A stretch of DNA of 64,000 bases from Blastocystis sp. Blastoise (taxonomy: Eukaryota > Protista > Bigyra: Opalinata). The notes beneath the pieces were generated by a model. That model made no database searches, was not told where the DNA came from, and saw nothing but the letters and a program-made list of their open reading frames with translations. How positions within the stretch are numbered: the stretch's first letter is position 1; every line of letters begins with the position of its first letter. Position numbers and translations under genes: made by a program. The DNA is taken from contig JBBPEB010000014.1 in assembly GCA_039096225.1 (NCBI GenBank), forward strand, positions 310,001 to 374,000. The letters run 5' to 3'. Positions 1-15,860 of this stretch are shown piece by piece.

Positions 1-297
1 GCCATACATCATCGATGACCATGGAATTAGACTTATTGATGTACCAATAAGAAATGGATAGTAAAGGATACCTTCTTTTGCCACTTCAGACACATAAGGA
101 AATAAACATCCACCTTGATACCTATAAAAAAACAAAATTAAAAAATGATGAATAAAAAATTGGTCATACGTATTCAGAATTGGACTCAATACTCCAGCAA
201 TACAAAGAAGACCACATATTGGGTACACAGTAAAGTAAATACCATAACACTCAAAAAAATCAATAACAGATTTCACATAATATTCAATTATAAACAT
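1..297 (-). CDS. Frag1/DRAM/Sfk1-like membrane protein, 5' part (runs off window start)
   Basis: ATG at 297; spliced translation MFIIEYYVKSVIDFFECYGIYFTVYPICGLLCIAGVLSPILN/..YQGGCLFPYVSEVAKEGILYYPFLIGTSISLIPWSSMMYG. A hydrophobic helix followed by 'FPYVSE' resembles the PYISD motif of the DRAM/Frag1 family; GT-AG intron ~123-170. Confidence 0.5.
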   Translation of the reverse strand, partial: MFIIEYYVKSVIDFFECYGIYFTVYPICGLLCIAGVLSPILNTYDQFFIHHFLILFFYRYQGGCLFPYVSEVAKEGILYYPFLIGTSISLIPWSSMMYG

Positions 298-714
298 TAT
301 TCCTAATAGTTATCAGCCTAAATCAATGATTATATATTCAAATTAACAAAAAAAAGATAAATTCTAAAAGATAAATTAAATTAAACACGTTATGAAAAAA
401 AAGAGAGGAGATTAAAAAAGTACTTTATAAACACGATTCCAACATCCAACAAAACCTGATAGAATTCTAAGTATTTGAAGTCAGCCCAACCTTTTTCCAA
501 AACGAAAGTTTTCGAATTCGGTTTTCAAACTGAATTTTGAATATAAAACACTTTAATTTGAAATAAAAACTTTGATGTTTATACACAGTGTAACGTTTAG
601 TAAACAAAAACAATAAATGTTAATAATAATGTCAATATATAATGAATATAACTAGATTAAAATATTGTATTTTTCTAAGGTAAAAATTCAATTGTAAACA
701 TTTTAAGATATAAT

Positions 715-1488
715 TTAAGCTTGATTAAAGATTCTTCCTTTTCTATAGGTAAAAGATAAGATAGTAAGAACAATAATATAAATTTGGAAGCTTATAAAGA
801 ATATAAAAATGATACATACTTTACAAGATTATTTGAATTACCTTGATAGCCAATTGTGGGAGCAGCAGTACTATTGATTGATGTATATATAAATGAGAAA
901 CAAATACAAAACTTACTTGGCTGTAGAATTATTCTCTTTGTCTATAGTAGAAAAAAAAATGATAAATAAAAAATGAGTAGAGAGTAGTTAAATATGATAA
1001 TAATATAGAATAGGAATGCATATTAGAAGCTGAGTTATCTATATACTAATAATGGTAACAGTAACGAGACAAGTATCAATTTCTTGTTGATCGAATTCCT
1101 GGACAGCTTGATCAGCTTCATGAATAGAACTATAAACAATCACAGCAGTACCCTAGTATATATATAGATATATAGTTTATATATAAGAATAAATAGAGAA
1201 CGATCCTATAATGAATTGTTCGTTTTAATAATAGACTTACAATACATTTACCATTATTATCCTTATTCACAGTAACACTTTTTACAGTACCACCTATGGT
1301 GATAATTATATTATTATTATGTTAAATATAATAATAATAGTATAAATTTAAATATAATAATAAATATAATACATACAATTTTGGAAAAGTTCTTGAAGGT
1401 CGGATTCGTTGATATAATCGGGGAGACCGCTGACTTGAACATGGGCTCCTATAGTATAATAATAATAGACATAATAAACATAATAAAC

Positions 1489-1572
<84 letters not shown>

Positions 1573-2283
1573 TACCAGTTGAGTATGATTTTGAAGAGTT
1601 TCCAATCCCTAAAAATAAAACATAGAGAGAATGGATATAGGATAAAGTGTCAGCCACCCCAATAGAGAATGGACACAGAGAGATGTCACATAGATATAAC
1701 AATGTTATTAATAAATGAATCAAATATCTTGTTTCCTTTTCATTACGAAAATGATGAAATATCGAAAACGATCACAATTCAAAACAATATTCATCAGATT
1801 TCAAAAATGAAATGCGTAACAATAATTTATAGTAATATCATAAAACAGTCTCTCTTATTTACGACCATATAAAAAGGATAACAACATACAATTATTGATT
1901 TCGTTCTTAACGTTGGAACTGATTGTATCATTTTCATATAAATCATGAGACCAGGAAGCATCAGAATCACCTCTAGGAACTCTTGGCTTATTCATTCTTC
2001 TGGAATTGAAATTCTTTCTTCCTGTGAATTTTGTTACAGTTCTTTGAGAGTCATCTTGGAATCTTCTTTGAGTTCTAAACGTATTTCTTCCATTATTTTG
2101 ATAACTTCTGTTGTTGCCATTACGATAGTTATTATATCTTCTCTTATTACCATAACGATGATTATTATTATAATTGTTGGAATTAGAAGAATTCATAGTT
2201 TGAGAGGGTTTCTCGAATTTCTTTTGAAGATCCTCAAGAGACATATCGTAAATAGAGCTTTGATTAGTATTTTCTGTTTCCAT
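715..2283 (-). CDS. ALYREF: ALY/REF (THO complex subunit 4-like) RRM mRNA-export adaptor, multi-exon
   Basis: N-terminal 'IYDMSLEDL' REF-N-like box, R/N-rich region, 'WSHDLY' motif (WxHD of ALY), then an RRM across exons GAHVQVSGLPDYINESDLQELFQN/CGTVKSVTVNKDNNGKCI/GTAVIVYSSIHEADQAVQEFDQQEID. Final exon ends KGRIFNQA-TAA at 715. Confidence 0.75.
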
Positions 2284-2521
2284 TCTTTTAGAAATAAGGA
2301 ATAATAAACGAAATATATAAGCAGTTCTTTTCAAAGACATCAACAAAAAACCTTTGATTATCAAGAGATTCAACGATGACTAATAAAACGTTTTTGAATA
2401 CTTCCCTATTTTACTTTAAAAGGATGGAACGATATTTTTTTAAATAAGGGAAGTTTTCTATTCCCTAGCGACAAAAAAAAGTATTCTCAAATTCGATTGT
2501 TCCGTAGTAGTCTTAAAAGCA

Positions 2522-3969
2522 ATGGGTAAGCGATATAAGAATCAAAAAGGGAAGTCAAAATCATTCAAGCCAAGTAGAGATATGAAACCTGGAAAATTGA
2601 ACTATTTTAATAATGAATTTAATTCTTCATTTCATTTTGATGGAATGGAATCTAATTCAGAAGACTCAGATGACTATTTACAGGACGTATATGATCTTAT
2701 ATTTTATGTTTAATTCTTTCATTAGGTTCTTCGAACCTATCAGTTAAATAAAAAGTCTCATGAGAATCATGTACGTTTGATATTTCTTTTAATATAAAAA
2801 AACTAATATTTATTTATAAAAATAGAACAAAAAAACAGGCGAAAAACAAAAAGAAGAAGATTTTATTTCTATTCCAAGTGAAAATCTAGATATCGATTAT
2901 TCTGTAATTGATCAATATCAAAAAATGTATATTATCATAATATTTATATTATATTTCATCTATCTAAAGTAGTCATCAGCATAATCAACTTGACCACTAT
3001 GACCAAATGTTAAGTATATATTAGTGATACAAATTTAATACATTTCTTTGGATATATAGAATATATATTTATTTATTGTTATAAAATGATCACGATATTA
3101 TATATATATAGATGAGGCCTATAAAGATTCGAAGAGTCAGATGAAGATAGGTAATGTAATAATTGATTTCGATGATAGTGATTCGTCCTCTGAAGGCTCT
3201 TATACATTTATTAGGCATAATACGAAAGCAAACAAGAATCATAATAGAAATAATTATAATAAGAATAATAATAGAAATAATAATAATTATAATAAGAATA
3301 ATAATAAGTATAATAAGAATAAGGAATCGAGTGTGTCTGGTGGTATGAGTAATTATGATATGCATGAATATGATATATCTTCTCATTATAAGAATCCGTC
3401 TATTATATTGGATGCAGAGGATGCCCAAGAGGGTATAGAAGAGAACCCTTTATATATAGTAGATCGATCTGGGACTGATAGAATGTCATTGTATGATATA
3501 TATAAAGAAGATTATGAGAAACAAGAGGAGAAAATAGATAGCGAAGATGATGAAAAAGAAGAAAAGGAAGAAGAAAATGATAATGATGAAGAAATAAAAG
3601 GAATAGAAGTAGTAGAAGAAGAAGAAGAAAATGATGATGATGAAGAAGAGGAAAATGATGAAGAAGAAGAAAATGATGAAGAAGAAGAAAATGATGATGA
3701 AGAAGAAGAAGAAGAGGAAAATGATGAAGAAGAAGAAAATGATGAAGATGATGATGAAGAAGAAGAAGAGGAAAATAATGAAGAAGATAAAGGAGAAGAA
3801 AATGATGAAAATGATGAAGAAGAAGAGGAAATCAAGGTTCCAACGTTTCTTATTGATCATGACCCATCTGTTGATACATATGATGAATCAAATCCAAACT
3901 TTTATAGCGCTAAAGATATATATACACAGGAGCAAGATACACATGAACTATTAGGTGCCTATAAACGAC

Positions 3970-4028
<59 letters not shown>

Positions 4029-5128
4029 GATAATATAAATTATTATTATCGTTTCTATTAAATTATCTATCAATATTCTTTTCTATTATATAAATATATA
4101 TAGAGCATATTGAGTGTATTAATAGGAGTGATGTATTGAATCATCTTCATTTCTTTGTAGAGAATCCATATATAAACACATTCACTTATTTACCTATATC
4201 TTCAAAACAAGCTGTTCAAAAGGTATATATATATATATATTAATCATTATTTACAGTTTATTATACTAGTTCATATATTAAATACTATATAGATATCGGA
4301 TATAGCAAGGGAATTCGGACTTATCGTCAAATGTGAACATGACAAGAAATATACATATATTACGGTTATTAAACCAAATAACTACAAGTATATATCAATC
4401 GTTTTTATTTTCTTTATATCTATTTCATTATTATTATTTATTAAATTATATTAATTATTATATTATAAATCTTTCCAACTATCAATATATTATCAATGTA
4501 TATATTTAAAAAGTGTCATTCTTATTCTAAAAAACTCTCTTTTTTATCAGTATTTTTATATTCATTATATTCTACTTTAATTCGTTATAGATATAAGCCC
4601 TCAAGATCTATCGTGAAGAGGAAGAAGAATAAGGCTAAAGTCGAAAATAGAAAGAAACGAGCCTTAAAAAAGAAGGAAACAGCTCAAATAGAATCTATTC
4701 ATAATACTGTATATATATAGTATTCTTTATATGTTCATTGCCATTATATATCTTTATATTATCATTATGTTTTATAAGATATTTATAATATTATTGTAAT
4801 ATATTTATATAATATACTATATATATGTATGTATAGATAAAGAGTATGAATATACCAATATCTACCGAGAATAAAGGACATAAATTACTTGAAAAAATAG
4901 GATGGATGGGAGGAGGTTTAGGAAAGGAAGGACAAGGTATATATATATAATATCATTTGCATTCTTTCATGTATATATATATATATATATATAGGAATAT
5001 GTGAGCCTATATCGATCTCTATAAAGCATAATAATTTAGGTATTGGTGCTTATACATCTTCATCTCAATCTACATCTGTGATGAGAGATCATACTTTATT
5101 TATTAAGGGGAAATCAACATTAGAGTAA
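2522..5128 (+). CDS. R3H-like + G-patch domain RNA-processing protein (Sqs1/Pfa1-like architecture) with long acidic tract
   Basis: Spliced ORF from ATG 2522; D/E tract at 3545-3830; R3H-like segment (AVQKISDIAREFGLIVKCEHDKKYTYITVIK); clear G-patch IPISTENKGHKLLEKIGWMGGGLGKEGQGICEPISISIKHNNLGIG; TAA at 5126-5128. Confidence 0.75.
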
Positions 5129-5176
5129 ATAATAATCTTTTATATAGATTCAGACACTGATATGATTGATATATAT

Positions 5177-5184
5177 TGTTTGTT
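5177..5184 (+). terminator. TGTTTGTT downstream element (candidate polyadenylation signal)
   Basis: Exact TGTTTGTT ~50 nt after the G-patch gene stop. A reverse-strand copy (AACAAACA, 5209-5216) lies downstream of the convergent RAD51D gene. This is the known Blastocystis 3'-end motif. Confidence 0.45.
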
Positions 5185-5276
5185 TTTTGTTTATTTTACT
5201 ATTGTTATAACAAACATATTTATTCATTCGACAATAGTTAAAAAAAAAAAAAGAGAGTAAAAACAAAACAACATAT

Positions 5277-7099
<1,823 letters not shown>

Positions 7100-7363
7100 T
7101 TACTAATTGAAAATATATAGTATTTGGTTTTTATAGAATGAGAAAAGTCTATAAATCGAAATGAAAACAGTTTCTTTATTTTGGCAAATCCTCTTGGGAA
7201 AAATGAATGAAACAGAAACAAAATGGTTTTTAATAAAACAAAAATGAGACGCATTTTTTTTGCCTATTTATGGAATAGTACTTATTCATGTATACTTATA
7301 TTTAGAACAGAATTATCATGTAGTAATATTTCAATAAAGAAACATTCAATAACACAAAAATCT

Positions 7364-9383
7364 ATGAGTATCGAAACTAATTTGTGTATAAATCAATGGA
7401 AATATGTTGTATATAATATGTAGACATTATAAAAAATAATATTTAGAATGAAGGAAGCCAACATATTATCTTTCGGTATGTTGGTGAGGATAATCTTTTT
7501 TATTACAAGATTCTTCGGTTGAATAAGGTATTTGATTATACACAATTATGGAATATATGTTCTAGAAATCAAAATATATCAGTGAGCCTATCTATACTGA
7601 AGAACAGTTGCTAATCAGTGAATTGTTAGGAACTAGTTCAATATACTTGACTCAACCTGAAGATATTATATTGTATATATTTATATATGTTATATAATTG
7701 TTTATACATATTATAAAGGTCCCAAAATACTATTCAAGGGTTTACAGAGTCTATTCTATCACTTGAAAATGTATGAATATGTTGTGTATTTTAATAATAA
7801 TAATAAACATAATTATTATTATATAGCGTGATAAGAGATGGAAAGAGTGTTTGATGTCTTTATGCACAAATGCTTCTATTCTTCCAAATCTCTTACAAAT
7901 TCCATTAGAACTTCGTGATATACATATAAATAGTAATTATTATTATAAATATCAGATTTTAAAATTGATGTAATGTATTTGTATATATAGATATACATAC
8001 GATTGGAATAGAAATCAAACCAAAATGGGGAGCTATGCCAAAAACAATATCACATGATATACAGAAACATATATGTCGATATTGTATGCAACAACATATA
8101 AAAGTATAAACATTACTATATCTTATAATGCAAATATGACTCTCTATATTGTTTTATGTATCTTCTAAAACTTATATATTTCCATGAATATCTTTAGTAT
8201 AAGAAAGGATCTATTTCTTCTATTTCTACATATTGTCCTCTTCAATTCTTTTCTTCTTCTCCTGTATTGCGTATGTCAGCACTAATGTCACTCTTACAAA
8301 ATAATCAAAATAATATAGTCTTCTTTATGGATGGAACTAAAGTATATACTCTACATATATAATTATATTTATATATAATAATAATAATAATAATTATAAT
8401 TATAATTATAATTATATTAATGATTATATTAATGATTATATTAATAATTGTAATAATAATAATAAATGTAATAATATTAATAATAATAATAATATTAATA
8501 TGTATGATTATTCTTTATACTTTAATTATTAGGTGACTTTAAGTATAATAGAGAAATATATATCATTTATTATCTCTTCATTCCATGAATCAAATATACA
8601 GTTCAAAAAGAATTCGAATGAATATCCATCATCATTTTCAGAACTCTCTATTTCTATACAATATCTACTTTGTCTCCTCTATTCACTATTATATTCATCT
8701 ACTATTGTACATGACTTGTTGAATATCCAAGTATATATATATATATATATTCATAATAAGATTTATTCTATATATATTCATAATAAGATTTATTCTATAT
8801 ATATTTATCATAATTTTTATTCTATATATATTCTATTCTTATATAATTGTTAGACATGTAACAACTATGAGATTGAACAACTTTATGAAATGAAATATAA
8901 AAGTATATATTAATATATATAATAATTCAGTTTTATTCTATATATTTATTATAAATCCTATATTAAAGTGTTTTAATTACATTTATATGATGAGTTTTAT
9001 TTATATAGAACCACAATTGTATGAAGAAAATCTAGAGCGTTATTTGATTTGTAGAGGAGCACGTGACTGTTCCATTCTTCTCTCTTTCTCTCCATCACAA
9101 TATTATAGGATTGCACAATTGACTGATATTATTAAAGTGATTCGTATTGTATATAATTATAATTAGTATTATTATTATAATTATTATATATCATTGCTAG
9201 CTTTGCTTTCAGAATTTATATTCATGATTTATTTAGGGTGATATCTCTTGGTGTTCTTCTATGGGTATAATTGATTTAGAAATGAAGTCTAAGAATAAAA
9301 TTGACGATTGGTATCAACAAGAAATTGCTATTGTTAACAGCTATCTGAATAGTGACGTCAAATGTAAAAAATCTTGTGTGTAG
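7364..9383 (+). CDS. IPK1: inositol-pentakisphosphate 2-kinase
   Basis: WKYV/NEGSQHIIFRYVG..KILRLNK (cf. plant WIYRGEGGANLVLAY), IEIKPKWG, CRYCMQQHIK, YCPLQFFS, QNN, ARDCSILL and IIDLEMK, in family order; all introns GT-AG. Confidence 0.85.
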
Positions 9384-10143
9384 TCTATTAATGTTTATGT
9401 ATACATTAGTTTTTTATATATTATAGTTTATAGAAAAGAATACTTATTACAATACATCACGAGTCAAATATATAACAAAACACTATATTGTTCTTTTCTT
9501 GATAATAATTAATAACTTTTGAAACAAATTTTTATAATCAATGAAATGTTGATATATTTTTGTATATATACATCAACAATAATTCAAAATGAAACAAAGA
9601 AGCTAACAAATATATATATATATATAGAATTGTCCTGAAATAAATCAATAATATAGAATGATTCATTTTTGAGAAAGCCAAAAAGAAAAAGAATAAAGAC
9701 TACTGATAATAAATAGTACATAAATCATAGAATGATTAAAGAATATCCATATAGTTCACAAATTCAATATATTGAAAAAGAAACTTGCTATATAAGAAAT
9801 AATAAAACAAATAGAAAAACAAAACAGCATATATTATCAAAGCATAAAAACAAAGATATAAGTTTTTGTACTTGGTTTTATTTAATAAAAATGAAAAAAA
9901 AAAATGTTAAAAAAAGAGAGAGACATAAAGATAGAAGTTACAAAAAAGAAGACAAAAATTAAAATTAAAAATTAAAATTAAAAAGAGAAAAGTTAGAAAT
10001 AAATAAAATTAAAATTAAAGAAAAAAAAGATGATGAAAACATAAAGAAAAAAGAAATATCTATTTGAATTGACTAAGATTTGTAATATAAATATAAAATA
10101 ATATTTATTTTTACAAAAAAAAAAGAAAGAAAAAGAAGAAATA

Positions 10144-10721
10144 CTACTGACATTGAATTGAGAACTTGATATATTCTTGTAAGAAATAAGAAGTTGTCAT
10201 ATTCATAGGTAATAACAAAGCTTCTTCAATAGTACACCATTTTCTTTGACGTTCACTTTCTTCAGGCCAATGTTCATATTCTCTATCTACTTGAAGAATA
10301 AACATCTCCCAACTAGATACACAACAAGAGTTGGAATAATGTGAATGTTGACCAAGTGAATGAGTAATTATACCAGTCACCTAAGATTGAAGACATATAA
10401 GTATATATAAAAAATATATATAAACAAAATAATCAACAAAAAAGGATAAGAAGAATGAAGAAAATATAAGTTAACATAAAAACATTAATGAAAAACTCAT
10501 ATATATACTCCAGCTTCTTCTTTACTTTCACGAATAGCGCATTCTTGACAAGACTCATCATTTTCCCACCCACCCTTAGGGAATCCCCATACCGGCTTCC
10601 TCCTAGAAGTTACTAAGAGAATCTTACCGTTACGCACGGGAATTGTGCCAGCACATAGCCGTATTGTTGCCTTATAGCGCTGTTTATCACGTCCAGTTCT
10701 TGCTACCATATTTAATTCCAT
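10144..10721 (-). CDS. Nudix hydrolase, diphosphoinositol-polyphosphate phosphohydrolase (DIPP/Aps1/plant NUDT12-18) type
   Basis: MVARTGRDKQRY, LLVTSRRKPVWGFPKGGWENDESCQECAIRESKEEAG (Nudix box), WPEESERQRKW; one intron 10381-10509. Confidence 0.9.
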
Positions 10722-11818
10722 TTCTAATTAATTTGTGAAATCCAAGAGCTAATATGTATTATATAACAACTTATCTAGTTGTAAACACTTTATTCATAAG
10801 CCTAATAAAAATTTATTTAGGATTCAAGGTATTCCGACACTAAATACCTGTTCAAAAATTTGTGATGGTTTTAGAATTCTAGAATAGTCGTGATTATTTG
10901 TAGAAGTTCTCCGAAAAACTCGTTTGTCCCAAATTCATTTTTAAGACTTTTCATTTGTTAGTCAATTCGAATCTTATAACGATTCTTGAATATTTCTTCT
11001 TTTTTCAATTGACATATTCATATGTTCAAGTATTCGTTTCTCAAATGTACTTGCTTTCAATTCGTATTTAATTGTATTTTCGTGTTAGATTCCATAAATG
11101 GAAATATCGTGTTTATATTTATCATTTTTTTTAAAGGTTTGACGTGCAAAATATTATTCTCAGAAACGTATTTATATAATAATTATGATATTCACTTGTA
11201 AAAAACATAAAAAACAAAAATGATTACTATTTTCTAAATTTTCTTAACATAAAGATTTCTTCAATTTCCACAGGAATTCAAGTCATTATATTATGTGAAC
11301 TATAAAATGGTATTATAGGAAAAATCATTAGTAAATCAGCCCATTATTAATAATAAATATAACTTTGCAAGAAACAAATATATTAGAATCCTCTTAACAC
11401 ATATATATGACACTCATAAATAAAAAAGTCAGTCCTACTGTGGAACGGAAGTAAAAACCAAAAGAAGCTCTTTTTTCCTTTTTCTGTTTTTTTTTTGTTA
11501 TTCATGGTTTCTCGTTTCTTTTCAGTAGGATTTCATTTTTTATTCTTGGTTTTTAGTTTTTCGTCATGTTGATGATAGTTTAAGAATTTATTTTGTTTGT
11601 GAATAGGGTATAACGACTCTTTCAGAGAGGAAAAAATGGGTGAAAAATATTTTCTACCATTCCTTTAGAGACTTATTGTGACGTATAGTGATGTATAAAA
11701 ATTATATAATGAAGAAGAGAATGATTAAGAGTGATGAACACTGGACGTTTTCAAAAAATGATTTCTTGTTGTTTTTTTCTTGGAATAATGACTCAACTTG
11801 TTTTTTATTGTTTTAGAA

Positions 11819-13560
11819 ATGTATTTTAAGTTTGCTGTTTGTTGCATCTTATTTGCTACTGCTGTTTATGCACAAGAAAAGATTGTTGCTAATTCTTTGA
11901 TTCCTCCTCATGAAAAATATGATTCTCAAGGTACATTTTCTTTTTTTTTTTTTTCTTTTATTCTTCTCTGTATTTAATTTAACTTTTTCTTTGTTTTATA
12001 GGTAATCGTTTTATTGATAACTGGATGGTTGGTGGAGATTCTATGATTAAAGAGTATTTTGTAAGACTTACTCCTGATCGTCAATCTAAGATGGGTTATG
12101 CTTGGAATAAATCTCCTTTAAATGAAGATGAATGGGTTGTTAATCTTAAGTTCCGTATTTCTGGTCAAGGTCAAAGTTTATTTGGTGATGGTTTTGCTTT
12201 CTTCTATACTCAAAATTCTTATCATCAAGATGGTAAAATGTTTGGTACTACTGATACATTTAAGGGTTTTTCTGTTGTTTTTGATACTTTCAAGAATACA
12301 GAAGTATATAGATATTTTATAAATAAACTGTTATTATTATTATTATTATTATTATGTTTATTATTATGTTTATTATGTTTATTATTATGTTTATTATTAT
12401 GTTTATTATTATATTTATTATTATGTTTATTATGTTTATTATTATTCTTTTGTTTATTATATTAAATATAGTTTGCTCAATTTCATCGTGATATTGGTTT
12501 ATATGTAAATAGAGATGGCAAACAAGGTGTTTTCAATGAAGATAAACCTCATCCTGGATGCTTCTCTCAATATAGATACTGCGAAAAACGTCAAGATTTC
12601 TCTGTATATACTTATTATTATGTTTATTATATTTATTATATTTATTATATTTATTATATTTATTATATTTATTATATTTATTATATTTATTATTATCTTT
12701 AATATATTTATCTATTTGACTAGGCTGATAATGCCGCTGTTGCTCGTATCGCTTATAATGCTAAGACGGGTACTCTTCGTGTGCTTATCGATGAGCATAA
12801 TACTGGATCCTTCAAGGAATGTATTAATGAACATATCGAAATGGAATTAGGATGGAATAAGTATATATATATATATATATATAATGAATATATTATTATA
12901 TTATTCTGATTATTATATATAGGAATGCTTATATTGGTTTAAGTTCTACAACGGGTCAATTAGCTGATAATCACGATATTCTATCTCTTGTTACTTATGG
13001 TAAGATTAGTGATCCTTCATTAATTGCTGATGAAAAGAAAGTACAAGAAAAACAAATCGCTGAAGAAGAATCCAATCAGTTATCTAAATTACTTCGTGAA
13101 GAAGGAATCGACTTTAATAATCTTAATGTCAATGAAAAAGCTATACTTAACGTTGTTCGTAAGATTGATCAAAAGCAACAGGCTGAAGTCGCTAAACTGA
13201 AGAGAGAATTAGAAAGACAATTAACTGGTATATATATATATAATATATTTATTATATATTTTCTTTCTTATTTCTATAAACTATATATATATATATATAG
13301 CTGTTGATGATAACTTGAATTCCCTTATTAATAAACTTGCAAAGAGAGAGGATGTTTCAGAAGGTCGTATTAATGACCTTGAAAACAGAATCAATGAACG
13401 TATGAATACCAAATTATCCACAGAACTTGATTCTCGTATTCTTAAGTTAGAGTCCTATTTCCAAGAACATTTGAATGAAGAAGTTAAAGCTAAATCTGGA
13501 AAATGGATTTTACCTTTCTGTCTATTATCTATTGTTCTTATTGGTTTCTTTGTCATTGCT

Positions 13561-13607
<47 letters not shown>

Positions 13608-13704
13608 TTAAAAAATATTTATTTTATGATAATTGATATATATATTATAATACATATTTATATAGAGAAAATACAATTATCTTACAAAAACTCATCTTTT
13701 GTAA
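11819..13704 (+). CDS. L-type lectin cargo receptor (ERGIC-53/VIP36-like)
   Basis: Signal peptide, VRLTPDRQSKMGYAWN, FGDGFAFFY, FDTFKN, GLSSTTGQLADNHDILS, coiled-coil stalk, TM helix, tail KYNYLTKTHLL-TAA. Confidence 0.9.
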
Positions 13705-14165
13705 ATTATCCGTTATTATTGATCAAGAGATACATGAACAGAATTAATTCCTATTTAAATAGATAGAGATTAAGTTATAAAAAATTGTTTATGCTTTTGT
13801 TTTTGTTTATAAATTATAAACTACTTAGATTCTTCAAAGTGTAATTATAGATAACAACAAAACTATATATAAACAACGAAATTAAATGAACATGTAACAA
13901 CGACTATAAGAAGCGATACTTAAAGAATAAATAACATAAATATAGAATAGAAAGACAAAACCCCTTAAAAAAATACTATATGTAACATATAGGTTAGGAA
14001 ACGGGCAATAGACAAGAAGAGATTGCATCCAAGTACAAGAAAAAACAGAATAGAAAAAATCTTTATTTATATAGAATAAATAAAATAATATATATATATA
14101 AATTTAAAAAGATATAGCCATCTATCAATAGAATAAAATAAATGAAAGTATTACAGATAAATGAG

Positions 14166-15581
14166 TTAGAGAGTAGATATAAATAATAGATTGAATAGAA
14201 GAGTATCATTGGCTGTGGCTATAGCAAGATCCTTTATTGTATTGACACATGTATATATAGTGTCCATATCTTGATGGTAATTAATAAGTATACGTAATCC
14301 ACTAATAATTTCATTCAATATATGCGAAGGTAACCATAAATAACTAATAGGCAATACAGGAAAAATATCTATATATAGTATAGAGTATATTATATTGTAT
14401 ATAAATAATATATAGTATAGAGTATATTATATTGTATATAAATAATATATAGTATAGAGTATATTATATTGTATATAAATAATATATAGTATAGAGTATA
14501 TTATATTGTATATAAATTATATATATTATATATTATGTGATATTGTATATAAATAATATATAGTATAGAGTATATGATATTGTATATAAATAATATATAT
14601 TATATATTATATGATATTGTATATAAATAATATATAGTATATACTATTTTCTTCTTTAGGATGAAGTATTCTAGAGATATAAATATAGGAGTATATGATA
14701 TTCAAGTTATATATATATATACCTTGAATAAAAATGTATAATTGTTGTTTTTTCAAAAGATGATTCTGGTATATACTTTTTAATTGCACATAATAAAGAA
14801 GCAATATTAATATAAAAAGATGATTTACTTGATTTATAGATAGAAGATACTATAGGAATCATAATAATAATAAATAGTATAAACATAATAATAAATATAT
14901 AATAAACATATAACAATTATATAATAATAAACATATAATAATAAGTATACTAAACATATTATAAACATAATAATAAATATAGAATATACATGATAGCGCT
15001 TCATTATTGACTTGGTCTGTAGGGAGAGGAAGACCAGAGAATGATCCTTTAGTCATATCAATAGTATTATATACTGTTTGAGAATTTTTGGGTGTAATAG
15101 AAGGTGCAATATAGGTTTCATTATGTTCATACTTAGAATACCAATCAATTATTTCACTTAATGAAGGATTCTCTTGTTCTAAAATATCATTTCGTATATA
15201 TCGATAAAGAAGATAAGGTATAAAGATAGCAGTATTTAATGTAATTCCATTATTCTTCTTCAATTCTGTAAAAAGAATAGAACAAATTCTCTCAAACTCC
15301 TATGAATATATATATATAACATTCAATATAAAATCTAGAATATACAAATATAACTCTTATAAATAATATAAGTAACGTACTTGTGATTCGATGGAATAAT
15401 TTTTAACCACTGATAGTAGATAGTCACGAAACAAGGAATTTTCAAATACTTCATGTAGAGAGTCAGCAGTTAAATTTAGTACTTCACGAAGAATTGTTAA
15501 AGGAACTAATTCTTCAGTTGGTTCAGGTAACATCGACTTTGTGGTTTCTCCTAGTTGTGAAAAGATTGATTCGTAATCCAT
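14166..15581 (-). CDS. hypothetical protein, multi-exon; 3' end uncertain
   Basis: Five exons join in frame with GT-AG introns from MDYESIFSQLGE; no recognised domain. First in-frame stop is at 14166, but exon-like sequence continues to ~13950. Confidence 0.5.
14371..14640. repeat. intronic ~37-bp minisatellite
   Basis: Unit ATATAGTATAGAGTATATTATATTGTATATAAATAAT repeated about six times with degeneration. Confidence 0.85.
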
Positions 15582-15860
15582 TTCAATATAACTAATACTA
15601 ACTAATACGAAAATGTCAATAGCCTTTTTATGATAAGTTATAAAACTAACTTTTTTAATATATACGGTTCTCTTGTGTTTTATACGCATTAAAAAATAAT
15701 TATTCGTGATTATGATGTTTCTTGTTCGTGAACACTTTTAAGGTAAATTTTTCATAAAATTTATTTCTTGACAGTATTGATTTCTTTCTATTTCATACAG
15801 GTATGCTTGCATATTGAATAGATAGTCAGACGTTACGGATTCATTATTTCATCTATAGAT

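Noticed and set aside
1322-1723. Poly-Leu/Tyr/Ile ORFs here and many similar ones (e.g. 3486-3860, 35880-36335, 53813-54188, 57197-57412)
   Set aside because: They are translations of intronic microsatellites or antisense shadows of low-complexity exons, not genes.
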